Positions 56,982 through 64,000 of a DNA stretch of 64,000 bases are shown piece by piece (the first letter of the stretch is position 1; every line of letters starts with the position of its first letter). This DNA comes from an uncultured Actinomycetes bacterium (GTDB lineage: Bacteria > Actinomycetota > UBA4738 > HRBIN12). The notes beneath the pieces were generated by a model. The model did not search any database. It saw only the letters and a list, made by a program, of their open reading frames with translations, and was not told the DNA's origin. The translations under genes were made by a program, and so were the position numbers. The stretch covers positions 15,274 through 79,273 of the forward strand of contig CAVTGO010000006.1 of the NCBI GenBank assembly GCA_963734275.1. Direction: 5' to 3'.

Positions 56982-57266
56982 GTGCCACCGAAGAAGACCT
57001 CTGCGAAGAAGGGCACGACGAAGAAGGGCATATCCAAGAAGGGCGAGGCCAAGAAGGCCACGCAGACCGCGTCGGGCCGATCGGGCGATCTCATCCTCAT
57101 CGACTCGCCTCAGGTCGGCTCCATGCCTCGCGAGGGCGAGGTCTTGGAAGTCATCCATGGTGAGGTCAGCGTCAGCTACCGGGTCCGGTGGACGGACGGA
57201 CATCAGACCCTGATCACACCGAACAGCGGGTCCGCCCGCATCGTCCGGGCATCGAAGAGAGCCTGA
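56982..57266 (+). CDS. DUF1918-domain protein with a Lys-rich N-terminal tail
   Basis: GDLILIDSPQVGSMPREGEVLEVIHGE...YRVRWTDGHQTLITP core. The N-terminal PPKKTSAKKGTTKKGISKKGEAKKA tail follows a GTG start with GAGGAGGA upstream. Confidence 0.7.
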   Translation: MPPKKTSAKKGTTKKGISKKGEAKKATQTASGRSGDLILIDSPQVGSMPREGEVLEVIHGEVSVSYRVRWTDGHQTLITPNSGSARIVRASKRA

Positions 57267-57308
57267 GCTTCTCCTTCTCGGCGCGTGAATTCGAAGGCAG
57301 ACGCCGGA

Positions 57309-58286
57309 TCAACCCGTCTGCGCCCTCATCGATGCGGCGATGAGCTCAGCGTGGGCATCGATGAAGCGCTCGAGGCCCGGCTTGCGGACGTTGAGACCGA
57401 GGTTGAGCTGATGGAGGCGACGCGCCGCGATGAGCGCAGCGAGGGTCTCGGCATCGCAGTCGGGCCAGGCCCGAACCTCCTCGTAGCCCCCCTGAACGCT
57501 TCGACCAGGAGCTCCGGGTCCTCGTTCCGCTGGAGATCGGCGATCGTGATCGCGACGTCTTGGAGCTCGAAGCCCCAGAACAGGTCCTGGAAATCGATCA
57601 CCGTGAAGACACCCCTCGAGACGATGACGTTGGCAGGAACGAGGTCGCCGTGCAGGAGGTGCGGAGCGTGCGGCGGATGCCGCCACAGGCGATCGATCGC
57701 CCGCTGCGCTCGATCGGCCGCCTCGGAGAACAGCGTCCCGTAAGGCGATACGAGCTCATCGAGTCGAGGCTCGTTGCGCCAGTACAGGACGCGATCCGCG
57801 ACCAGCGCCTTCGGAGCCGCAGCCGGCGCATGTGCGGCCCCGTGCTCGTGCAGGAGAGCGCTCAGCCGCCCCATGGTCCGGACGCGATCGAGGGTCATGC
57901 GCTCGTCCATCGTTGTCCCTGGAACCCACTCGAACGAGACGCACATCCGCGTCTCGGGAACGCCCGGCGAACCGGCTTCCACGACGAGCGCCCCGTCGGT
58001 TGCGGCGATGACTCGCGCAACGCGCACGGTCTCGCTTTCCGCGGAGCGCCTCGAGCCAGTTCGCCTCGGTTCCCTCCGAGCCGACCGCGTGGATACGCTG
58101 GGAAGCTCCCACCCGCAGGGCGACCCTGGAGCCATCCTCGGTATCGATGCGGAAGATCGCGTTGAAGGACTCGGCCACGAGCGAGCAGCTCAGGGCCCTG
58201 TAGCCGTACCGGTCACACGCCTCCAGCGCGAGCGTGCGGAGACGACGGAGCCGGCCGCGAGGGGTTAGCCGATCGAAGGAGCGCAT
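57309..58286 (-). pseudogene. APH/choline-kinase-family phosphotransferase interrupted by two frame changes (about 58045-58055 and a G6/C6 run at 57487-57492)
   Basis: Three collinear pieces. Piece 1: MRSFDRLTPRGRLRRLRTLALEA...EANWLEALR. Piece 2: ESETVRVARV...FEWVPG...LLHGDLVPANVIV...IDFQD. Piece 3: GYEEVRAWPDCDAETLAALIAARRL.... Pieces 1 and 3 share a frame. Confidence 0.75.
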
Positions 58287-58430
58287 CCGCGCCCGGATCC
58301 CGTGGTCACAACCGAAGGATACGTTCGCCCGCTGATCGCCCATCGCCGCCGAACCCAGTCGCCGTCGGCTGGCGCCGGCGAGAGCATCCGCATAGCCTTC
58401 GGGCCGTCACCGAGCAAGGAGGTCCTCGCC

Positions 58431-59288
58431 ATGTCCACGATCCCTGGGATCCGACGATCGCTCGCCGTCGCGGCGGCGCTCGCCCTGTTCGCATCCGGCG
58501 CGCTCACCGCCACGGTGCTCCGCGAGACGGCCTCTGGCGTCGAGCGCGCCCCGGTCGCCCTGCCGCCCTTTTCCGAGGTCGTGAACCTCTCGCACGTGAA
58601 CGACCCGGCGAGGACGCCGATCTTCCCCGGCGATCCGGCGTTCACGATCGAAACCGTGTTCGACGTGGAGAACGACGGCTACTACCTCGAGCTCGTCACG
58701 GAGGGCACCCACACCGGCACGCACTACTCGGCGCCGTGCCACTTCCATGCGGGCGCCCTGTGCATGGACGACCTGTCCCCGTCGGACCTCGTCCTCCCGG
58801 CCGTCGTCCTCGACGTGCGCGACGATGTCGCCGCCGATCCCGACCACATCGTGACCGTCGCCGACCTGAAGGCGTTCGAGGACGAGCACGGGGAGATGCC
58901 CGCCGGCGCGGCCGTGCTGCTGCTGACCGGCTGCGACGCGTACTGGACGGACGGGGACACGGACGGCGAGCCGAACTACTTCAACTGCGGCTCCGGCCGC
59001 TCGGGCGACCACCAGCCCGGGTTCTCGCGCAACGCCGTGCAGTGGCTGATCGAGACCGGCGTGCTCGGACGGTCCGGCGCGCTCGGGACGGACACCTTCG
59101 GCCCCGACCCGTCCTCGGACGGCTACTTCATCCCCACCTGGCTGACGCTCCGCCGGCACCGCGTGACGATCGAGAACCTCACGAACCTTGATGCCCTGCC
59201 GCCGACGGGGGGATGGATCGCGCTCGGGAGCCCGCGCAACGTGAACGGCTCGGGCTCACCGGGCACGGTGTTCGGCTTCGTCCCGTAG
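58431..59288 (+). CDS. Secreted cyclase-family (kynurenine-formamidase-like) protein
   Basis: AAGGAGG upstream of ATG 58431; signal peptide; THTGTHYSAPCHF variant of the HxGTHxDxPxH motif. Confidence 0.78.
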   Translation: MSTIPGIRRSLAVAAALALFASGALTATVLRETASGVERAPVALPPFSEVVNLSHVNDPARTPIFPGDPAFTIETVFDVENDGYYLELVTEGTHTGTHYSAPCHFHAGALCMDDLSPSDLVLPAVVLDVRDDVAADPDHIVTVADLKAFEDEHGEMPAGAAVLLLTGCDAYWTDGDTDGEPNYFNCGSGRSGDHQPGFSRNAVQWLIETGVLGRSGALGTDTFGPDPSSDGYFIPTWLTLRRHRVTIENLTNLDALPPTGGWIALGSPRNVNGSGSPGTVFGFVP

Positions 59289-59298
59289 CCCACTAAGC

Positions 59299-59910
59299 GT
59301 GGTCGCACGAGATCTGTCCCGGCTTGACCGACCGACGGGCGGAGCGTCAAGCTACGGTTCACTTTCGCGCGAGACCGGGGAGGAGATCATCGCGGTCCTG
59401 GGGTTGGTCCTCATCGCGACGGGCGCCTTGGGCGTGCTCGCGCTCGTCGACCTGTTGCTCGAGAGCACGCTCACGGGCGGGTCCGAACTCGTGCTCCTCG
59501 GCGCATCGCTCGCGCGGCCGCCTGCCGAGGACGCCGTGCTGGTCGTCGCGGCGCTCGCGGTGTCGACCACCGTGCTCCTGTTCCTCGGCGTCGCCGCCCT
59601 GCGGGGCCATCGCTCGAAGCGGCTGGAGGAGCGTCGGGAGCAGGTCGCGAGCCTCGACAACGGGAAGCGACTGCTCGAATACAAGGTCGAGATCCTCCTC
59701 GCCCAAGTGAGGGAGCTCGAGGGGCGCAAGGCTGCGCTCTCCGGTGCGTCCCATTCCGGCGTCTTGGCGGACCATGTCGAGCCGATGCAGGGGGAGCGCT
59801 TGGTCGTGCTCCCCGATCTGCCGCCCGACGTCGACGAGGTCGGATCGCCCGAGGACAGGCCGGCGTCGGTGGAGGAGAGCGAGCCGGACCGCCCGAGGCG
59901 TTGGCCCTAG
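59299..59910 (+). CDS. Hypothetical membrane protein with a coiled-coil segment
   Basis: Two or three hydrophobic helices followed by RLEERREQVASLDNGKRLLEYKVEILLAQVRELEGRK. No family recognised. Confidence 0.4.
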   Translation: MVARDLSRLDRPTGGASSYGSLSRETGEEIIAVLGLVLIATGALGVLALVDLLLESTLTGGSELVLLGASLARPPAEDAVLVVAALAVSTTVLLFLGVAALRGHRSKRLEERREQVASLDNGKRLLEYKVEILLAQVRELEGRKAALSGASHSGVLADHVEPMQGERLVVLPDLPPDVDEVGSPEDRPASVEESEPDRPRRWP

Positions 59911-60107
59911 GGCGTTGGGCCTAGGTCGAAAGTCTTCCGACACAGTCGGATGGCCCCTACCGCGCCGTGGCAGGGTCCCCCATCCTTCCTACTGAGGTCT
60001 GTCCGTCTCGATCCATCCGACCGCTGGGCGAGTGACACCCGAAGGCGCCAGGGACACATGGTTGACCCGGGTCGGTGGACCGAGGCGGATGGGCGTCATC
60101 CCCTTCG

Positions 60108-60473
60108 TTACGGCTGTCGCTCGAGGAACTCCTCGATGTAGCGGTCGTCCCGAAGGAGGAAGTGGAAGTCGAGCAGATCGTCGGCCGTGAACGCCGGCCC
60201 GTCGGGTGGTATGTCCATCGGATCGAGCGGCTCGGAGGGAAGGAGCTCCCCCGCGGCCCCGCCGAGGAGAGTCTCCGGCGTGGCGAGGTCGACCCCCGCC
60301 GAGACCAGGAGCGCGACGATCTTCCTGTCGGCCGGCTTCTCGACCGGCGCGAAACAGTCCGGACAGGTGAACTGATAGACGGAGCGACCTTCACGAGGGG
60401 CATGGAGGAGGATCTCCTCGGGCCGCATGTCGACCTCTCCGCAGCGAGGGCATCGGCTCCTGATCGTCGTCAT
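60108..60473 (-). CDS. Zinc-ribbon hypothetical protein
   Basis: CPRCG...CPDC four-Cys arrangement. Compact ORF with normal composition. Confidence 0.5.
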   Translation of the reverse strand: MTTIRSRCPRCGEVDMRPEEILLHAPREGRSVYQFTCPDCFAPVEKPADRKIVALLVSAGVDLATPETLLGGAAGELLPSEPLDPMDIPPDGPAFTADDLLDFHFLLRDDRYIEEFLERQP

Positions 60474-60552
60474 GACACGCGTATCGGGGACCGCGGCCGA
60501 ACGGTTGAGCGGAACCGGCGCGAACGGGACTACCTCGGACGGATGGTTTCTC

Positions 60553-60966
60553 TCACCCCTCGCTCCCCGAGCGTTCCTCCGCGAGTCGCGCGAGGTTCGC
60601 CAGCTGCTTCGCGTCGGCTCGGTTGATCAACATCCTCGAGAGGGGTCGTATCCAGAACCGCAACCAGTAGGGGACGTAATTCACGCGTTGCACGGTCTCG
60701 GTGTAGACGATCCGTGAGCCGGCCCCGTCAGGGTGGATGTCGTACCGATGCGAGAAGTGGACCTCCCACGGCTTGCCCCGCTTGCGATCGAGCCGTGCGT
60801 CCGAGCTCTCCAGGCCGAGGAGCTTGAAGGCGTCATCGCTGGCGCGATCGCCCGACCAGATCAGGTGGGCGCCGAGGTCGGTGATGGTGTCGTAGACCGC
60901 CTCCGGGGGAGCCTCCGACTTCGCCGAGGTCTGCGTGCGGAACACGAACGAACGCTGGGCCGTCAT
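60553..60966 (-). CDS. SRPBCC / polyketide-cyclase-like small protein
   Basis: From ATG 60966 (ATGA overlap with the upstream stop): SFVFRTQTS...PEAVYDTITDLGAHLIWSG pattern. Confidence 0.6.
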   Translation of the reverse strand: MTAQRSFVFRTQTSAKSEAPPEAVYDTITDLGAHLIWSGDRASDDAFKLLGLESSDARLDRKRGKPWEVHFSHRYDIHPDGAGSRIVYTETVQRVNYVPYWLRFWIRPLSRMLINRADAKQLANLARLAEERSGSEG

Positions 60967-61757
60967 CGCAGCATCCGCAGGACGGCGGGGAGCACCGGAT
61001 CCACGGGGGCCGTATCCACGCCCAGGTGATCGGTCATCTCGATCGTGACGAACCTCGCGTTCGGGATCTCGTCGGCCGCGCGGCGTGCCTGTTCGTAGAA
61101 GTCCACGTCGTCCGCCGCGACGCAGATGAGGCATCGGACGTCCCAGGCCCCGAGGTCCTCGCTGACCGCACCCTCGGCCATCGCCGAGCTCCACGCGGCC
61201 CGCATCGCCGCGTCGTCGCTGGCCAGGTACACGGCCCGGACTAGCTCGGGATAGCGGCCGCCGATGGCCTCGAACGCCTCGACCAGGGTCTGGATGCCGT
61301 GCTCTCGGGACGCGGCCATGGCCTGCCCCACCACGCGCGCGAGCGGGCCATCCGGATCGATCGCGTACGGCTGCTGGCCGACGATCACGAGCGATCGCGC
61401 GCGCTCGGGCGCGTGTTCGCCGATCCCGAAGGCTAGCCTGCCGCCCCAGGAGATGCCGATGACGTGCGCTCGCTCGATGCCGAGCTCGTCGAGGACCGCC
61501 ACCACATCGGCCACCCGGAGGGGCATCGCGTACGCCTCCGCGTCGTGGGGCTTGTCGCTCCGTCCGTGACCCCGGTGATCGACGAAGACGAGTCGGAACT
61601 CCTCCGACAGCTCCTGCATCGCTCGGGCGATCGGCGAGCCTCGCGCCAGGTCGACCGTATCGAGGAATCCCCCGAGGAACACGACCGGCGTGCCTTCGCC
61701 GCCGTCGTCCTCGAAGTACACCCGGCTGGCGTCAAGAGCGTTCCTGGCGTGCGGCAC
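60963..61757 (-). CDS. Alpha/beta hydrolase; start uncertain
   Basis: TPVVFLGGF, DHRGHGRS, nucleophile elbow GISWGG. GTG 61757 is tentative. Confidence 0.8.
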   Translation of the reverse strand: MPHARNALDASRVYFEDDGGEGTPVVFLGGFLDTVDLARGSPIARAMQELSEEFRLVFVDHRGHGRSDKPHDAEAYAMPLRVADVVAVLDELGIERAHVIGISWGGRLAFGIGEHAPERARSLVIVGQQPYAIDPDGPLARVVGQAMAASREHGIQTLVEAFEAIGGRYPELVRAVYLASDDAAMRAAWSSAMAEGAVSEDLGAWDVRCLICVAADDVDFYEQARRAADEIPNARFVTIEMTDHLGVDTAPVDPVLPAVLRMLR

Positions 61758-61988
61758 CTCCCGCCCATCATCGCACCCGCGATCCGAGCGGATGATGGGG
61801 TCGATATCTGGCCTGAACCAACCTGACGGCCCGCACCGGGACGACGCTCGCATGACGCCCCGATCCGGACGTTCTTGAACGGACGACCTCCTAGAGCTTG
61901 ATGCTTCTGCGCTTCGCGGCGCGCTCGCACGGCCGTCGTCTCCCTGACTGGAGCCCGGGCGCGAGTGCGCCTGTGAGATGGTTCCGCG

Positions 61989-62792
61989 GTGGCCGGCAAG
62001 GCAACGTCTGCCGAGGACGTGATGCGGGGAGTGGCGGGGGGCGCCATCCTCGGGGTGCCGCTGCTGTACACGCAGGAGACGTGGCTGCACGGGCGGACCG
62101 TCTCGCCGTGGGTGATCCTGGCGGGGGTGGTCGTCGCGTTCGGCGTGAACGTCGCCCTCTCGTACTTCGTGGGGTTCCGGCCGGGGCGGACCCACCGACC
62201 GACGGAGGACGCCTTCGTCGGGATGGGGCTGTCCGTCCTGCTCTCCGCCCTGTTGCTCGTGCTGTTGGCCCGGATCGGGCCCGGTACATCGGCGGAGAAC
62301 GCGCTGGGCGTGACCGTCCTCACCTCGATCCCCGTCAGCATCGGCTTCTCCCTCGGAGTGGCGCTCGCGCCGCGCCGAGGGGGCGAGAAGGCCGAGGAGA
62401 TCCAGGGCGGGGGCGGTGACCTGCTGGTCGCGGCGGCCGGAGCGCTGGTGTTCGCCCTGAACATCGCTCCGACGGCCGAACCGATCCTGCTTGCCGCGGA
62501 ACTTGACGGCGTCCGCCTCGGCCTCCTGGTAGTGGCCTCACTGGTGCTCCCCTACCTCATGGTCTTCTACGCCGAGTTCGGTGGACGCGAGCACCGTGTC
62601 GCGAGCGACGGTGCGACCCAAGGTCCGATCACCGAGACGCTCCTGGCCTACGCCGTGGCGTTCGTCGTCTCCGCGGCGATGCTCGCGATGTTCGGCCGCG
62701 TGGACGCGTTGAACGGCGCCGCTACGGCGCGGGCGGTCACGTTGGCGTTCCCAGCCTCGATCGGGGCGGCTCTCGGGCGGTTGCTCGTATGA
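61989..62792 (+). CDS. Integral membrane protein, TIGR02587-like
   Basis: Multi-TM protein beginning ...MRGVAGGAILGVPLLYTQETW. It is paired with a downstream small protein, as I recall for the TIGR02587/TIGR02588 pair. Confidence 0.6.
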   Translation: MAGKATSAEDVMRGVAGGAILGVPLLYTQETWLHGRTVSPWVILAGVVVAFGVNVALSYFVGFRPGRTHRPTEDAFVGMGLSVLLSALLLVLLARIGPGTSAENALGVTVLTSIPVSIGFSLGVALAPRRGGEKAEEIQGGGGDLLVAAAGALVFALNIAPTAEPILLAAELDGVRLGLLVVASLVLPYLMVFYAEFGGREHRVASDGATQGPITETLLAYAVAFVVSAAMLAMFGRVDALNGAATARAVTLAFPASIGAALGRLLV

Positions 62793-63187
62793 GCGCGAAG
62801 CGCACCCCCGGGAGCCACGGCATCGGTCGAGAGCGGACCCCGTTCGAGTGGGCGCTGCTGGTGGTTTCGCTCGCCGCCACCCTCGCCGTGGTGGCCGGCC
62901 TGGTGGTGAGCGGGCTCGCGGGACCCCGCGGACCGGCCGACCTCCGCGTGACCATCGCCGACGCGGATGAACCGGCCAGCGGCGGGCGGCCCCTGGAGGT
63001 CACCGTCACGAATGTCGGCGGGACCAGCGCGGAGAACGTTCTCGTCGAGATCACCGTGGACGATGTCACTCGCGAGGTGAATCTCGACCTGGTGGCGAAA
63101 GGCGACACGGAATCGGCGACGGTCGTCGTCCCCGCGGACACCGCGGGCCGGCCCCGCGCGGACGTCGTGAGCTACACGAGCCCCTGA
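62789..63187 (+). CDS. Small single-TM protein, TIGR02588-like
   Basis: ATGA overlap with the upstream gene. One TM helix followed by LEVTVTNVGGTSAENVLVEI... (beta-sandwich-like). Confidence 0.55.
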   Translation: MSAKRTPGSHGIGRERTPFEWALLVVSLAATLAVVAGLVVSGLAGPRGPADLRVTIADADEPASGGRPLEVTVTNVGGTSAENVLVEITVDDVTREVNLDLVAKGDTESATVVVPADTAGRPRADVVSYTSP

Positions 63188-63255
63188 AGCCCGGCACCGC
63201 TGCCCCTGGTGAGAGAAGGCGACCCTCTGCCGCTCCCCGACGGCGAGAGCGACGG

Positions 63256-63741
63256 TTAGCGGCTCGAACGGGAGCTACGGATCCGTCGCGACACAGGGAG
63301 CGCGTACCAGAACCACGCATAGGCGAGGATGAGACATCCGGCGACGATCGTGGCGGTGACCGTCCCGAACAAGACGTCGAACACCATGAAGACCGAGCCT
63401 GCCATGGCGAGCGCGAGGAACAAGATGCCGCCCGCGGCCAGATGATCCTGGGTGATGATCATCTCCTTCTTGTCGGACGCCGTCTCTTCCTCCAGTCGCC
63501 GGAAGCGATGTCGGTGGTACGCCGCCGGCCCGATCAACAGCGCCGACGCCAGCGCAGCGCAACCGAGCGCACCCGCATAGACGGCCCGGTCGAGATCGTC
63601 GGTCTCGACGAAACCGCTGTTGAAAGGCAGGATCAGGAGGAAGGCGAAGAGGACCTGCACGCCGGGAATGGCGATGCGCAGCTCGTTCAGGAGCTCGATC
63701 AGCTTCCGATTGAGCCGCTCTTTCTCGTCCTCCTCGCCCAT
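63256..63741 (-). CDS. DUF6328-like membrane protein
   Basis: LNRKLIELLNELRIAIPGVQVLFAFLLILPFNSGF is the family hallmark as I recall it. Start taken at ATG 63741. Confidence 0.65.
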   Translation of the reverse strand: MGEEDEKERLNRKLIELLNELRIAIPGVQVLFAFLLILPFNSGFVETDDLDRAVYAGALGCAALASALLIGPAAYHRHRFRRLEEETASDKKEMIITQDHLAAGGILFLALAMAGSVFMVFDVLFGTVTATIVAGCLILAYAWFWYALPVSRRIRSSRSSR

Positions 63742-63912
63742 CGACGGCACCCTACCCGGGACGACGCACTCCCACACCAGACCCGCTTGCCCGACGCGCG
63801 GATCGGAGCGTGTGGGAGCGAGATGCGCTGAACCGCGACGCTCGACATGTCGACTTCGGACGGACGGTGCCAGCGACGGCCCGGCGTTCCGTCAGCACAG
63901 CCCGCCGTAAGA

Positions 63913-63928
63913 ACCCTGCTGGCAGGGT
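63913..63928 (-). terminator. Possible intrinsic terminator hairpin
   Basis: Inverted repeat ACCCTGC-tg-GCAGGGT lies 9 nt after the stop at 63937-63939. On the minus strand it is followed by TCTTAC. The stem is short and the U-tract weak. Confidence 0.3.
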
Positions 63929-63936
63929 CACAGCGT

Positions 63937-64000
63937 CTAGCGGCGGAACCGCCCCCGGAACCCTCGACGACCGCCCGCTCCGACCGAACCTCGTCTGCCG
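63937..64000 (-). CDS. 3-prime end of a gene encoding an Arg/Gly-rich C-terminal tail; the rest lies outside the window
   Basis: Minus-strand frame reads ...GRRGSVGAGGRRGFRGRFRR-stop. An RGG-like tail of this kind is seen on some RNA-binding proteins and helicases. The identity is unknown. Confidence 0.3.
   Translation of the reverse strand, partial: GRRGSVGAGGRRGFRGRFRR

Noticed and set aside
1-64000. CRISPR arrays, rRNA genes, IS elements/transposases, integrases, prophage or classical defence-system genes
   Set aside because: I saw no regularly spaced short repeats, no rRNA-like conserved stretches, and no DDE/tyrosine/serine recombinase or phage-structural motifs in any frame I read. 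This was eye-level scanning only and needs software confirmation.

Overview
Very GC-rich, gene-dense bacterial chromosome segment. The gene repertoire looks like Actinomycetota (several F420/LLM-type oxidoreductases, DUF5709, DUF6328, an actinobacterial WxL-like surface protein, a stand-alone LigD polymerase domain). I support about 70 protein-coding genes or gene remnants and 3 tRNA genes (His-GTG, Lys-CTT, Leu-TAG). I recognised no rRNA, CRISPR array, transposase, integrase or phage structural genes.

Main points:
1. **Catabolic block, about 6.2-30.1 kb.** It holds five C-N hydrolases (two gamma-glutamyltransferase paralogs, an amidase, a metal amidohydrolase, an M20 deacylase) and three LLM oxidoreductases. 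It also has ornithine cyclodeaminase, SDR, RidA, a 4-OT tautomerase, a NitT/TauT-type ABC importer and an MFS gene, and it runs directly into a formyltransferase-frc-oxc (oxalyl-CoA) operon and a GntR/FadR regulator gene. A TGTATACA-core palindrome occurs five times, only in the three promoter regions of this block, which suggests one undescribed GntR-controlled regulon.
2. **tRNA-flanked islets.** Both tRNA-Lys and tRNA-Leu are followed, 5.1 kb and 1.9 kb downstream, by a direct copy of their own 3-prime half. This is an att-like scar around small islets with no integrase.
3. **Reading-frame breaks.** At least six genes carry single-base frame breaks, almost all +1. Two genes return to the original frame further on. 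The cause could be insertion-biased sequence error or real gene decay; I cannot tell from sequence alone.
4. **Other items.** An amidohydrolase whose conserved HxH N-terminus is reachable only from a CTG codon behind a strong Shine-Dalgarno; an orphan class-III nucleotidyl-cyclase-like gene; a WxL-like/DUF916-like surface pair; a 5-prime-truncated methyltransferase abutting the LigD-pol gene; an orphan NuoF-like flavoprotein.

All product calls come from my recognition of motifs and families in the translations. No database search was run.
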